From Thermoprotei archaeon (GTDB lineage: Archaea > Thermoproteota > Thermoprotei_A > Sulfolobales > Sulfolobaceae): DNA of 64,000 nt. Numbering within the stretch: position 1 is the first letter of the stretch; the number at the start of each line of letters is the position of its first letter. The stretch spans positions 11,441 through 75,440 of the forward strand of contig JBMFJH010000005.1 in the NCBI GenBank assembly GCA_049973945.1. The letters run 5' to 3'. A model generated the notes under the pieces. That model saw nothing but the letters and a program-made list of their open reading frames with translations, was not told the DNA's origin and searched no databases. Below are positions 1 to 10,908 of this stretch, piece after piece. A program made the translations under genes and the position numbers.

Positions 1-7
1 CTGGAAG

Positions 8-400
8 GTGAAGTCCTACCAGAGGGCCTTCGGCGTCAACGGGAGGGTCTTGGTCAGGAGGGCGTTCAAGCCTGAGGACGTAGGCCCATCGGTGGAGGCC
101 ATGGGGGCGGGAGACCTCGTCGTGATAAACCCCTACGGCTTCTTCAGGCTCTACACCCACATAGTCGGAGCGATGAGGAGGAGGGGAGGGAGGACTTTCG
201 TCTTCTCTCCCTTCGACAGGGAGAAGAGGGGGAGCGTCTTCGGCCTGCACTCGGCCCACTCCGTCATAGAGGTGACCAGGGGGAGCAGGGGCGTGAGGTT
301 CAGGGTCGTGAAGAGCCCGGATCACGGGGAGGTCGAGCTCTCCTACCCGATACAGTCCCTCTTCGGGAGGGAGTCGGTCGGTTTGGAGGCCTGGCTCTAG
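8..400 (+). CDS. hypothetical protein, probably the 3' part of a gene starting upstream of the window
   Basis: Frame stays open back to nt 2; codon usage (GC3-rich, AGG Arg) matches neighbouring genes; no diagnostic motif recognised. Confidence 0.4.
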   Translation: MKSYQRAFGVNGRVLVRRAFKPEDVGPSVEAMGAGDLVVINPYGFFRLYTHIVGAMRRRGGRTFVFSPFDREKRGSVFGLHSAHSVIEVTRGSRGVRFRVVKSPDHGEVELSYPIQSLFGRESVGLEAWL

Positions 401-798
401 GCCTTCTTGAGGGCCTCCTCGAAGACGGGGGCTATCTTGTAGGTGGCCTTGGCGAAGCCGTTAGGGTCGAGCCTCTTGACCTGCCCGTTGCTCCTCATGT
501 AGGTCACCTCCTTCACCGCCTTGTATATCGGGATCCCCGAGAGCTCCGAGTAGACGTAGAGGGCGTACTTCGCCAGGACTGCGGGCCTCCTCCTCTGCTT
601 GACCTTCTCGAGGACTTGCCTGTAGGTGGAGTAAACCCTCTCCACGAACTGGTTGGGGTCAACCTCGGCCTTCTCCACGACCACCCTGTACTCCGAGACG
701 TTCTTGCGGCCTATCAGCTCAATCACGAGGTTCCCTCCGTCCTCCTTAACGACGAGCTCGAAGGGCCTCCTCCACCTCTTCTTCTCTACCCTCTCCAT
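397..798 (-). CDS. hypothetical basic protein
   Basis: 133-aa ORF with host-like codon usage, 4-nt overlap with the convergent ORF 8-400; no motif recognised. Confidence 0.5.
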   Translation of the reverse strand: MERVEKKRWRRPFELVVKEDGGNLVIELIGRKNVSEYRVVVEKAEVDPNQFVERVYSTYRQVLEKVKQRRRPAVLAKYALYVYSELSGIPIYKAVKEVTYMRSNGQVKRLDPNGFAKATYKIAPVFEEALKKA

Positions 799-864
799 TA
801 AGCCGATTTTGGAATTGAAATATATAACGTTTAACGCGAAGGCAATAATAGGTAGGGAGGCGAG

Positions 865-2052
865 TTGAGGACAGTCATGGACTTCGGGGAGCTGAAGAGA
901 CTGCTCAGGGACGACTTCCCCTGGTACTTCTCCGTAATGGACAACGAGGTGCCGGCGAAGTACCTGATAGCCAAGAGGGTCGAGGCCGAGCCCGGAGGGT
1001 TCGAGTTACTCGACAAGCTCACGGACTCCTTCCTGAGGCTATGGAGGGACGTGAGGGAGGGGAAGGAGGACATCAGGAAGCTCGATGTGCCCAAGTACTC
1101 CCTCCTGGACTACCTGGCCGACCTCGTGGACAAGTGGGTCGAGAGCTGTGGCTTCTGCAGGTGGAACTGCAGGGTGAACAGGAAGGTGAGGACAGGGGCG
1201 TGCCAGCTCAACGTGGAGAGCAGGGTCGCCTCCTACTTCCACCACAGGGGAGAGGAGCTAGTGTTCAGGGGAGTGAACGGCTCGGGGACGATCTTCTTCA
1301 CTTCATGCAACATGAGGTGCGCCTTCTGCCAGAACGGCGACATATCCAAGGACAAGGACAACGGGATCCCCTTCACCCCTCAGAGGCTCGCCGGGGCAAT
1401 GAGAGTCCTAGCGAGCGAGGGGGTTCACAACATAAACCTGGTCGGAGGGGAGCCGACGATCCACCTGCACACAATTGTCAAGGCGATAAGGGAGCTGGCA
1501 TACAGCAGGGAAGTAATAGACGAGGTGACCCTCTACCCCAAGGCGGACTACCTCGTCCCCAGGAGGGGGAGGAGGCTCTACGGGAGCGAGGTCAACGTGC
1601 CGATCCTCTGGAACAGCAACTTCTTCATGAGCGAGGCGACAACTAAAGTCCTCAGGCTACTCGTGGACATCTGGCTCCCCGACTTCAAGTTCGGCAACGA
1701 CAAGTGCGCCCTGAGGCTGAGCAGGACCCCCTGGTACGTCGAGACCGTCACCAGGAACCTCTCCCTGATATACTCCTGGGGCGAGGAGGCCGTGATCAGA
1801 CACTTAGTAATGCCCAACCACGTGGAGGACGACACTTTCCCAGTCCTGGAGTGGATTGTCAAGAATGTGCCGAACTACTGGGTGAACATCATGGATCAGT
1901 ACCACCCGGACTCCTTCGCAAACCCGTTCTCGCCCTCCTTCGACCCCAAGTACTCCGACATAGCGCGCTACCCCACGAGGGAGGAGATAGAGAGGGCCTA
2001 CGAGTACGCCAAAAAGCTAGGGGTGAAGTACGAGCTGGTCACCTTCTACTGA
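865..2052 (+). CDS. radical SAM protein (PflX / activase-like family)
   Basis: CNMRCAFCQN = CxxxCxxC 4Fe-4S/SAM cluster motif; 395 aa; TTG at 865, alternative ATG at 877. Confidence 0.85.
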   Translation: MRTVMDFGELKRLLRDDFPWYFSVMDNEVPAKYLIAKRVEAEPGGFELLDKLTDSFLRLWRDVREGKEDIRKLDVPKYSLLDYLADLVDKWVESCGFCRWNCRVNRKVRTGACQLNVESRVASYFHHRGEELVFRGVNGSGTIFFTSCNMRCAFCQNGDISKDKDNGIPFTPQRLAGAMRVLASEGVHNINLVGGEPTIHLHTIVKAIRELAYSREVIDEVTLYPKADYLVPRRGRRLYGSEVNVPILWNSNFFMSEATTKVLRLLVDIWLPDFKFGNDKCALRLSRTPWYVETVTRNLSLIYSWGEEAVIRHLVMPNHVEDDTFPVLEWIVKNVPNYWVNIMDQYHPDSFANPFSPSFDPKYSDIARYPTREEIERAYEYAKKLGVKYELVTFY

Positions 2053-2167
2053 CCGCTTCTGGCGGCGAGGCCTTTCAGGGCCGACCGAGCCCGCGCGGCG
2101 ACGCCCGTACTGCTCGGACTGTCGAACGTTTATTTTCTTAGGTGCACAATGTAGTGTAAGGCAGGGC

Positions 2168-2590
2168 ATGATTGTCAAGAACTCCGACTTCGCGGTGGCG
2201 GCCAGCCCTAAAGCGGCCTACGCCGCGGTCTCCGACCCGAAGAACTTCAGGGCGCTCTGGAAGTTCGCCAAGGAGATCGAAATCGAGGCCCCGAACAGGT
2301 ACACGGTCAAGCTGAAGATCCTCCCTTTCGTGACCTTCACCTACCATATGCACGTGCTGTACCTGCTCAGCTCGGTGATCCACGAGGGGAACTCGACGGA
2401 CGGGAGGGCCACCCTGAGGCTGGAGATCGGGTTCGCCCCCCACAGGATTAGGGGGCTCACGAGGGTCATAGCGACCGTTTACTACGTGGGCCCGCTGGAG
2501 ATCGCCGCCGGGCCTGTAATCTCCAGCATGGCGTCCCACGTGAGCAAGGTACTGCCCCTCCTGGTCCGCGACGACGTGGTGGTAGTTTAA
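2168..2590 (+). CDS. hypothetical protein, SRPBCC/START-like N-terminal pattern
   Basis: 140 aa; N-terminus (SDFAVAASPKAAYAAVSDPKNFRALW) fits the usual SRPBCC opening pattern; paralog of the next ORF. Confidence 0.5.
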   Translation: MIVKNSDFAVAASPKAAYAAVSDPKNFRALWKFAKEIEIEAPNRYTVKLKILPFVTFTYHMHVLYLLSSVIHEGNSTDGRATLRLEIGFAPHRIRGLTRVIATVYYVGPLEIAAGPVISSMASHVSKVLPLLVRDDVVVV

Positions 2591-2740
2591 AGGGGGGAGG
2601 GGTCGAGGGGACTGGGGTAATACCAGCAAACTTTCGAGATGCAATGAAGAAGCGTCGTTCTCGAACGAATTACTTATTAATTTAACTTCTTTAGTTAATT
2701 AACGTGTACTTAAAATGATTCCGACACGGTCGACTTCCTC

Positions 2741-3445
2741 GTGAGGGCGACCCCGAGCGAAGTCCTGACGGCGGTCGGCGACCCGTACAACCTCCCCAAG
2801 CTGTGGAAGTACCTCAAGGAGGTCAAAGTCGAGTCCACCACGTCGTACGTCGTGAAGTTCAAGGTCTTCATGTCGTTCACTTTCAGGATGACCGTGACGG
2901 CGATGAAGGACACCGTGGTCCACGAGGGGACTATGGAGAGGCCGGCCGCTTACTTCAAGTTCACGGTGAGGAGCTACAAGGCGTCCCCGGTCTTCGCCAG
3001 GGTGATAGCCGAGGGGGACTACATGGGCCCTCTGGAGTCCCTCGCCAGGGGACCCATGAGGAAGTTCCTCTTGCACTTCAGGAGCTCGCTCGTTGACCTT
3101 ATGGCTGGGGGGCCGTCTCAGGCAGCGTCCGTTGAGCCCGACAGGCCGGGGAGGGGCCTGGAGGTCGTCCCAGCTATCCCGGAGGCCCGCGCGATGGTTG
3201 TAGCGGGACTGCAGGGTTCGCTTATGAACGGGCCCGAGCGGAACGTCCACGTGTCATCGCTCCGCCAGATCAAGGCAAGTCGCGCGGGGCGTCGGAAAAG
3301 CGTGCGGCCGAACCGCGAGAGGCCGGAGCGGAGCGACGAGGACGCGACGGTTGCCGCCCTGACCAGCGCGGAGGGAGAAGCGTACGGAGCGACGCTCGGG
3401 CACGGCGACCATAAAGAGTCCAGGGACTGGAGCCAGACGCGCTGA
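2741..3445 (+). pseudogene. decaying tandem paralog of 2168-2590
   Basis: aa 1-125 align with the upstream paralog. The homologous ATG (2715) is out of frame with the body (MI.. then DTVDFLVRATPSEV in another frame). The ORF then runs about 100 codons past the homologous C-terminus into GC-rich non-coding-looking sequence. Confidence 0.45.
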
Positions 3446-4525
3446 ACTTCCCTTGGTTGACACGGACAAAGGTTGGCGGTAGTTGCGATCGCCACGTCGG
3501 CCCACTTCCACTCGGTCACTTCAAGCTTACGTTTCCTGGACTCCGCGGTTTCGGCCCAACAGACTGGGTCGAGCCGGGCCCCATACGGTAAATCAGCCTT
3601 TCCCCCTATGCAGGCCAGCCGAAAAATTTTGACGGCATTGACTGGCGCGCGACTGTTGGGGGTTAGTTAGGAGCCCAGGGCTATAAGCTGATTCGATCGC
3701 TTCCCGCCCATATTGCGATCCTCGTGATGGCCTAGGGAGCCGCGTTTACCTTAGCCGGTCTTTACGGGTGAGTCAAACAATATGTCGTAGCCCATCGTTA
3801 GGAGTCGGGAACCCTCTGCGACCGGTACTTTCGAATATTTATATGTTCATTGAAACGTACTCGTCGTTTTAGACCCGAGAGCTCGGCCCAGCGATGTAGC
3901 AGGGCGAAATCACCATCTGGGGGCCGACGCGCGCCGGCCGCCTCAGCGCCGAAAGCGGTCCTGGTCGCTTTGGGCGTAACGTTATGTTGGGCCCGCCTGC
4001 CTTTGGGGGCGCGACAATCGGGACAGCGCTAATAACACCGGCCCTAGTTCCGCCAAAGCTGGGCCAGGGATACGTAGTCACAAACATGAGGGCCATGACA
4101 GCGAAGGGCGGTAAGGTAGTAGAGGAGGCGCCTCTAGACACGCCCAACTCGGTTGTACCCGTCGTGGACGAGTCGACGCACGCCACTGTCACGCCGTTCT
4201 CCCGCACCGCGTCGATAACGACCGTCGTGGGCACCTTCGTGGCCAACGGCGCCAAGCTCTTGAGGTTCGGCAAGCTGAAGTCCGGACGAGCGTCGGGGCT
4301 GCTCTCGAAGCTGTCGAGTACGGGGATAACCACCGAGTACCCCCTCCTCGCGACCTCTCCCTCAGCGAGCCCTCGGGCCCCTGGGCTCACTCAAGGTGAG
4401 CGTTTTTGTTTCATTTTATTTTATTTATTAATTCTTCTTCTTGAGATAAAAATTTATCTCGGAAAAAAGATAAACTAAAAGTTTAGCAAGAAGAATGTAA
4501 ATTTTCGTTCTTAAACGGGGTTAAC

Positions 4526-6082
4526 ATGCAAAGGCTCGTAAGCCTCGTCCGCGATCTGCTCCAGTTGGACAAGGACTGGGTGACCAGAGCTACAATGGCC
4601 ATGATAATGATGAGCGTGATATGGGGGATCCTCGGAGTGGTCGACGCACTAATGGTCAGGCTCGTCGAGGCCACCTGGGGGCTTTACGGCCTCCTCCCGC
4701 TGACCCCTCAGGAGTACTACGCCTCGATAACACTCCACGCCATGAGGGACCTCTTCGGCTTCGCCCAGCAGCTGGAGTTCGCCGTGTTCATCTACTTCAC
4801 GTTCAAGCTGTTGAAGCTCGAGCCCAAGGCGAAGTGGGCCTTCAACGCCTCGTTCGTAATGTTCAACATAGCATTCATGCTCCTGGAGGGCCCGATACTG
4901 ATAATCAACGGCCCAGGGTTCGACAACTACTTCCCCGCGACCGGCTGGTACTACCTGTCCCCGCTAGGACTGCCGGGCTACTCGTACTACGTGGTCTCCC
5001 CGATGTGGTACTGGGGCTGGATGCTGCTTGATATTGCGACCATGATCCAGGTAGTGTGGATAACTTACCACTACGCAGTTTACGCTAGGACTGCTAAGGA
5101 GAAGCTACCGCTCTTCCTCGTCTTCGTCCTGATGAACGTCCTGCTCTACGGGATAGGTTATTCTGGGGAAGTAGCGGCCAACGTGTGGGACTTGCTGGCT
5201 ATTTATGGACTGGCCAGTATGGATCCCATAGCCAACCAGATAGCCTTCGGAATACTCTGGCACGCGGTCGTTTACATGGCCTGGCTCCCCGCTGTCGCGG
5301 CCCTCTACACGCTGATCCCAATGATTAGCTACAGGGAGATCTACAGCGACAAGATGGCTAGGGTCGCGGCCGTCCTCTACTTGGTCTTCTCCAACAACGT
5401 GCCGATCCACCACCTATACATGGTGGACTTGCCTGTAGCCCTCAAGCTCCTCACTGAGGCGTTAACCTACGGCGTCGTGTTGCCCTCCCTCATGACCTTC
5501 CTGAACCTATGGGCTACTGCGAAAGGAGCGAAGGTTCAGTGGAACGTGCTGACCGCCTTCACAGTGCTGACCTTCGCCGGTTCGATCTTCTCCGGGGTCA
5601 CGGGCATCGCCAACGCCACGATATCATTCGATTCGGTGATCCACGAGACCCTGTGGGTTGTTGGCCACTTCCACGGCTTCATCCTCCTCTCCATTGTGCC
5701 CGCGGGCTTCGCTATGCTCTACTTGATGATCCCGATGATGACGGGGAGGCAGTGGTACTCTAACAAGCTCATGTGGGCCCACTTCTACGGCTACCTGATA
5801 GGTGCCGCGTTAGTAGTGCTAGGCATGGACCAGCTAGGCTTGGCCGGAGTGATAAGGAAGGCCGAAATGTATCCGAGGTACCCAGTCATTGTGGACGGCG
5901 AGGTAATAACCACTATAGGGGCCATCATAGCCGACTTAGCGACGACCGTTTGGCTCATCAACTTAGTGCTGACCGTCCTGAAAGGGAGGACCGTTGCAGT
6001 CGATAGCCTGCAGGCCTCAGTGAACCTGATAATGTCGAGCGGTTCCTCTCCGAAGCTGGAAGTTAAGAGAGGCGCGAAGTAA
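4526..6082 (+). CDS. haem-copper oxidase subunit I family protein
   Basis: 518 aa polytopic membrane protein. Ligand motifs occur in canonical order: [16 protein letters not shown] (CuB His plus Tyr), HHLYMV (CuB His-His), GHFHGF (haem His pair). Confidence 0.85.
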   Translation: MQRLVSLVRDLLQLDKDWVTRATMAMIMMSVIWGILGVVDALMVRLVEATWGLYGLLPLTPQEYYASITLHAMRDLFGFAQQLEFAVFIYFTFKLLKLEPKAKWAFNASFVMFNIAFMLLEGPILIINGPGFDNYFPATGWYYLSPLGLPGYSYYVVSPMWYWGWMLLDIATMIQVVWITYHYAVYARTAKEKLPLFLVFVLMNVLLYGIGYSGEVAANVWDLLAIYGLASMDPIANQIAFGILWHAVVYMAWLPAVAALYTLIPMISYREIYSDKMARVAAVLYLVFSNNVPIHHLYMVDLPVALKLLTEALTYGVVLPSLMTFLNLWATAKGAKVQWNVLTAFTVLTFAGSIFSGVTGIANATISFDSVIHETLWVVGHFHGFILLSIVPAGFAMLYLMIPMMTGRQWYSNKLMWAHFYGYLIGAALVVLGMDQLGLAGVIRKAEMYPRYPVIVDGEVITTIGAIIADLATTVWLINLVLTVLKGRTVAVDSLQASVNLIMSSGSSPKLEVKRGAK

Positions 6083-6157
6083 CGGAAACGTTTTCACGCG
6101 AATTCAGTTTTTTCGTGCCTATTAGTCTCACGAAGCCCTCGAAACGTCGTTCTGCCA

Positions 6158-6673
6158 TTATTTCTGCGTCATCCTTGACATGGCCTTCAAGACCACGAGG
6201 GGGTCGAGGGCAGGGATTGGCTTCTCGTTGTAGAGGATTTTAGGCGTGCTCCTGACGTGGTACCTCTCGATGAGCTCCTCGTTAACTGTTAAGTCGTAGA
6301 CCTCCACTCTCAAGTTCTCGTTGACTAAGGAAGCCCTATAGAAGAGCTCCACGTACTTGGGGCAGTAAGGGCATGTAGGTGTGACCAGTAACTTGACCGT
6401 CCCCTTCAGGAGCTTAACTAAGTTGGCCTCCTCCTCGTTTAAACCGGAGTCGACGCTCTTGGCGACCTCGACGAACGGGAAGAGCTCGTTAACCGCGGGA
6501 ACCCCGTAGTAGGTGAACAGCGTCCTGTCGCCCTCCTTTACCCTCGCGTAAGGTTTATCGCAGTCCCCCTTGACTAAGCCGTCCAGGTGCTCGAGGACTT
6601 CCTCGGCCTTACAGACCTCTACGACCCTCACGGGCTTCGGGAGGACTCCCGACTTAAAACAACGAAATAGCAA
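6158..6673 (-). CDS. thioredoxin-fold / glutaredoxin-like disulfide oxidoreductase
   Basis: TPTCPYCPKY contains the CPYC redox motif; 171 aa. Confidence 0.75.
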   Translation of the reverse strand: MLFRCFKSGVLPKPVRVVEVCKAEEVLEHLDGLVKGDCDKPYARVKEGDRTLFTYYGVPAVNELFPFVEVAKSVDSGLNEEEANLVKLLKGTVKLLVTPTCPYCPKYVELFYRASLVNENLRVEVYDLTVNEELIERYHVRSTPKILYNEKPIPALDPLVVLKAMSRMTQK

Positions 6674-6908
6674 AAGTCCAGAGAGCCCAGGGACTTCGAG
6701 CTTAGCCTGTTCGCCTTTAGCATTATTTTCTGCAGTTAGAGTTACAACCTCGAGGATTACTTCGTTCGAAACGGTAGCAGTTCGTCATGAGGCTTCTATC
6801 TAGGTTTAGTGGCCTTCTAGAAAGGGGAAACCTCCCCTCTCATCCTTTACACAGTCGTTTCTAGGAAAGTTTTTAAGTCGGCCCTAAAGAATATAAAATT
6901 GAGGCAAC

Positions 6909-7418
6909 GTGAATGCGAAGAAATACGCACTCAAGACCTTCCTTGCTATAGAAGGTATACTGCTAGTGTATACAGGAGTGATGCTGGCGCTGTCGACCAA
7001 AGGACAGATCCTGGAGATGATGGCACAAGTGAAGATCAAGGGACCTCTCCCAATACCGTTCGGGGCCATAATGCTGTCCTTCTTGTTCAGCGGCGCGGTG
7101 TTCCTAGCTGCAGTGAGCGACAGGTTCCTCTCGTGGCTCACCAAACGTAGCGTCGCGCCATTAACCCTGAGGGCGCTCCTGATATTCACGAGCTTCGTAC
7201 TGATCTTCCCAGCCCTCATAAAGATCCCCGATTACGGCTCTATCAATTGGCTCAATCCCGCTGTGCCGGCAGGACTGGCGTTCCCAGGGGGTCTGTTAGT
7301 CCACCTGGTGTTCCAGCATTGGTTGGGCGGTCTGACGGGGTTCGCTATGGCGGCTAAGCCCATGCTGTTCTCCGGCGTGAGGAGGATCGCGACCATGATC
7401 GGAATTGCCAGAAAGTGA
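6909..7418 (+). CDS. integral membrane protein, unknown function
   Basis: 169 aa with about 5 hydrophobic segments; AT-rich promoter-like region upstream. Confidence 0.55.
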   Translation: MNAKKYALKTFLAIEGILLVYTGVMLALSTKGQILEMMAQVKIKGPLPIPFGAIMLSFLFSGAVFLAAVSDRFLSWLTKRSVAPLTLRALLIFTSFVLIFPALIKIPDYGSINWLNPAVPAGLAFPGGLLVHLVFQHWLGGLTGFAMAAKPMLFSGVRRIATMIGIARK

Positions 7419-7708
7419 TGGCGAACCTAAGAAAGAAGGACGAGTCGGAGAGTCGTAGCTCTTTTTGAATCAAAAAGGTAGATTTTCTTGTTTTACCCTC
7501 TGTCCCGCTCTTTGAGCCTGAGAGAACGTCACGCCCCTCAATCTAGGCGGGAGGCCTGCTGGGAGAACTGGTGGGCGATCTACGCTGATCCAACTTCGTT
7601 CAAGCGCGGGGTTTAAGGCGGCCAGAGCACTCGCGCTGCGGAACCGCAGTTCGGCGGGACGACTCCTACGAGAGTGGTTACGGCCTGGAAGAACTCCCGT
7701 CCGCCCTC

Positions 7709-9046
7709 TCAGCACTTCGCCTCGTGGAGCTTGACGAAGTCCGTCCTCCCCTCCTCTAGGTTAGGGTCTCCTCCGGTTATCACGAAGCTCTCCCCGCACT
7801 TGACGAACCTCTTCGATACCTCCTCGGCATAGTCCACGACCTCATTCAGCGTGGCCAAGGGCCTCTCCGTGAGGACTGGGTAGACGCCCCAGCAGAGCCT
7901 CAGCCTCCTTGCTAACCCCTCGCTTGGGGTGAGGCCTATTACCGGCACCTTCGGCCTCAGCCTGGATATCCTCAGTATCGAGTTCCCGCTCCTGCTGTGA
8001 ACGATTATTAACTTAGCCCTCGACACTTCGGCCAGGTCTACAGCTGCTACTGCAACGGCGTCGTCGGGGGTTAAGGCTTGGGGCCTCACGGTTTTAGTCC
8101 TGGCCTCGACGGCAGAAATCACCTGGTGGAGGGTCTTCACCGCCTCCACGGGGTAATTGCCTATGGCCGTCTCGTCGCTCAGCATTATGGCGTCCACCCC
8201 TTCAGCTACGGAGTTGGAGACGTCTATCACTTCTGCCCTCGTGGGAGTCGGGCTGTTCACCATAGACTCGAGGACTTGGGTGGCCAGTATCACGGGCCTC
8301 CCGTACTTCCTCGAGACCCTGATGACCTTCCTCTGGACGAAGGGCAGGTTCTCGAGGCCCACCTCTACTCCCAAGTCTCCCCTCGCTACCATCACGCCGT
8401 CTGAAACCCTGACTATCTCCTCGAGCCTGTCGACGGCTTCCTTCTTCTCTACCTTAGCTATCACCCAGGCCTTGTCCCTCACGATTTCCTTGACCTTCAG
8501 GACGTCGTCCTTCGACAGCACGAAGGAGAGGCCTACGAAATCCGCCCCCAGCTCTAAGGCTTCCTTGAGGAGCTCCAAGTCCCTCTCCGTGACCCCCGAG
8601 GGGATTGCTATGTCAGGCACGTTGACCCCCTTCCTCGATGTTATCACGCCGCCCTCTATTACAACTCCCTCCACCCTGTCCTTCTCCATCCTCGTAACCC
8701 TCACCTTCACGGTGCCGTCGGCGATGAGGACGTAACCCCCCACCTTGACTCCGGAGTAGAACAGGGGGTCTTCGATCGGTATCCCCTCGTTCGGGGAGAA
8801 GACGACCTTGTCCCCGGGCTTTAGGACTACCTTCTCCCTCAGCTCGCCCACCCTGACCTTGGGCCCGGGGAGGTCTACCAGGATCGAAGCGTCGGAGTTC
8901 TCCCTGACATACTTGAAGTACTCCTCGTGGCTCTCCCTGTCGCCGTGGGCGAAGTTTATCCTGAAGACGTCGACGTACTGAGCGAGCTCTCTGACCTTAT
9001 CGACGCTGGAAGGGCCTAATGTAGCTACTATTCTAGTCCTCCTCAC
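7709..9046 (-). CDS. pyk: pyruvate kinase
   Basis: MRRTRIVATLGPSS and FRINFAHG N-terminal motifs, full-length 445 aa. Confidence 0.95.
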   Translation of the reverse strand: MRRTRIVATLGPSSVDKVRELAQYVDVFRINFAHGDRESHEEYFKYVRENSDASILVDLPGPKVRVGELREKVVLKPGDKVVFSPNEGIPIEDPLFYSGVKVGGYVLIADGTVKVRVTRMEKDRVEGVVIEGGVITSRKGVNVPDIAIPSGVTERDLELLKEALELGADFVGLSFVLSKDDVLKVKEIVRDKAWVIAKVEKKEAVDRLEEIVRVSDGVMVARGDLGVEVGLENLPFVQRKVIRVSRKYGRPVILATQVLESMVNSPTPTRAEVIDVSNSVAEGVDAIMLSDETAIGNYPVEAVKTLHQVISAVEARTKTVRPQALTPDDAVAVAAVDLAEVSRAKLIIVHSRSGNSILRISRLRPKVPVIGLTPSEGLARRLRLCWGVYPVLTERPLATLNEVVDYAEEVSKRFVKCGESFVITGGDPNLEEGRTDFVKLHEAKC

Positions 9047-9343
9047 AAAGGGAACTAGGGATCGTCCCTCTTTAAGTTACCAGCGAGGTCGTCACGGGCG
9101 GGGAGTAAGGACCGAGTTGAATTACCACGGCCAGACTAGACCGTCTCACCCCCCGCCCCTCTATTCTCTTGAGTTCCCTTATACAGTTAAGCCTTTTCCC
9201 CGGCCGCACGACGATCGGCGAACTAGAGACTCCGTTCGAGTCCCGAAATCAAGGAGTCGCAGGACGTAATTCCCTTTAACCGATACAACTAAAGGACTCG
9301 CCCCGCCTTCAGGCATAAATTCAGGGCTGAGAGTCTCTACCCC

Positions 9344-9883
9344 GTGCAGTACCCCCTCCGAAACGGGCTCACGGTAGAGCTGATCCAGGGGGACATAACG
9401 GAGCAGGAGGCAGACGCGATTGTAAACGCGGCCAACTCCTACTTACAGCACGGAGCCGGCGTAGCAGGGGCCATAGTCAGGAAGGGGGGATACGAGATAC
9501 AGAGGGAGAGCGACGAGTGGGTTAGGAAGCACGGCCCGGTGCCGGTGGGAGGTGTAGCGGTGACCGGGGCGGGGAAGCTGAAGGCCAAGTACGTGATCCA
9601 CGCCGTGGGGCCGAGGTGGGGGCTGGAGGGGGAGGACAAGCTGGAGGAAGCTGTGAGGAACTCCCTGCTCAAGGCCGACGAGCTGGGGTTGAGGAGCTTG
9701 GCCATGCCAGCCATCTCGACAGGAGCATTCGGCTTCCCCTACGAGGTCTGCGCGAGGGCGATGGTGAGGGTCTTCAAGGCTTACTCGCCCAAGACGCTGA
9801 AACTGGTCAAGGTAGTCCTTTACGGCAGGGAGGCCTACGAGGTCTTCAAGGAAATATTCGACGCCGAGCTACGGAGTGGATAG
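9344..9883 (+). CDS. macro-domain protein (ADP-ribose binding / O-acetyl-ADP-ribose deacetylase family)
   Basis: IVNAANSYLQHGAGVAGAI and AISTGAFGFP motifs; 179 aa; GTG start. Confidence 0.9.
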   Translation: MQYPLRNGLTVELIQGDITEQEADAIVNAANSYLQHGAGVAGAIVRKGGYEIQRESDEWVRKHGPVPVGGVAVTGAGKLKAKYVIHAVGPRWGLEGEDKLEEAVRNSLLKADELGLRSLAMPAISTGAFGFPYEVCARAMVRVFKAYSPKTLKLVKVVLYGREAYEVFKEIFDAELRSG

Positions 9884-10230
9884 AGGGTTTCGCTCACGCT
9901 GGGAAGACCTCGGGAACGGCTTGCCCCTCCTCTCCTTACCCCTTAGGGCCGACAGGACTGTGGCGGTGAGGGTGACGAAGAACACGGCCCTGAAGGCAGA
10001 CCTCAGGCCCTCGACGAACGCCGTGGACACTCCCCCGATCAATTAGGTAGTCCCCGGGGACACCTCGAAGGCCACTTCCCTGGGGACTGAGGCCGAGGCC
10101 GCTGTCATGGCTATGACGCAACTGAGCGGGATTCCCCCCCCCCGTTCCCCAGAGTCCTCAAGGCCCCAGAAACGGCCCCGTAGCCCTGGGGTGGCCACTT
10201 TGCTTGGGCGCGACCGGGTAACGCTTGAGC

Positions 10231-10908
10231 TCAGCCCTGCACCGCCTTGACCAGCCCGGTCTCGCCCAACAGGTTCAGGACTGTCCTCCCCAGTGGGGTT
10301 AGGCCCACCTCCTTCCTTTTGCCGTCCCTCGACCTCACCACCAGCCCCTCGTCCTCGAGGTCGGAGAGCTGTATCGAGATGGTCGAGGCCGACTTCCCGG
10401 TCTTCCTGGCCAGCTCCGAGACGCTCTCCCCCTCCCTTATCATGAGCAGGAGGTTCAGCTTCTCCCCGCTCGGGATCTGGGGTATCCTCAGGGGTAGCTC
10501 CTTGGAGTTCGTCATGGCCTCGTCGAAGGCCACAGCCTTAACCCTCACCCCGTCCGCCTGGGCGAGGATCAGGGCGATGAAGTAGAGCGACAGGAGAGTC
10601 ATCCTGGTGCCGCCGACGAGGTAGAACTCGTAGTCGTCGTAGCCGCCCACCCTCTCGCTGATCCTCTCGACGATCTCGTCGAAGTCCCACTCCGGGCTCA
10701 CCTTTATGACCTCCACGTCGGTCACGCCGACTGTGGCCAAATAGGAGACTATCGAGTTTATGGCCTCCTGCGACCTCTTCTGGGCGTAGCTGTCCTGGGA
10801 CTCGATGGTCACCAGGTAGACCTTCTCCACGTTCTGGATAGACCTCCTGGCGAGGACCCGCATGACATACTCCGCGGTGAAGCCGACGTTGAATATTAAG
10901 ACCGCCAC
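10231..10908 (-). CDS. csa3: Csa3-type CRISPR-associated regulator (CARF domain + C-terminal wHTH)
   Basis: N-terminal Rossmann-like domain with YLVGGTRMTLLSL loop. C-terminal wHTH ESVSELARKTGKSASTISIQLSDLEDEGLVVRSRDGKRKEVGLTPLG. 225 aa, typical Csa3 size. Confidence 0.8.
   Translation of the reverse strand: MAVLIFNVGFTAEYVMRVLARRSIQNVEKVYLVTIESQDSYAQKRSQEAINSIVSYLATVGVTDVEVIKVSPEWDFDEIVERISERVGGYDDYEFYLVGGTRMTLLSLYFIALILAQADGVRVKAVAFDEAMTNSKELPLRIPQIPSGEKLNLLLMIREGESVSELARKTGKSASTISIQLSDLEDEGLVVRSRDGKRKEVGLTPLGRTVLNLLGETGLVKAVQG

Noticed and set aside
798-822. CRISPR-repeat-like sequence ATTAAGCCGATTTTGGAATTGAAAT in the divergent promoter between 397-798 and 865-2052
   Set aside because: Only the GGAATTGAAA core matches well, and the rest needs an indel. 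It overlaps an AT-rich TATA-like promoter region where such words are expected.
3869-4478. ORFs 3869-4390 (-) and 3984-4478 (+) as candidate oxidase subunit II or other genes
   Set aside because: No cupredoxin/CuA motif (H..C.E.C..H..M) is present. The minus-strand ORF looks coding only in part, and the plus-strand one looks like its shadow. Kept only as possible eroded-gene material.
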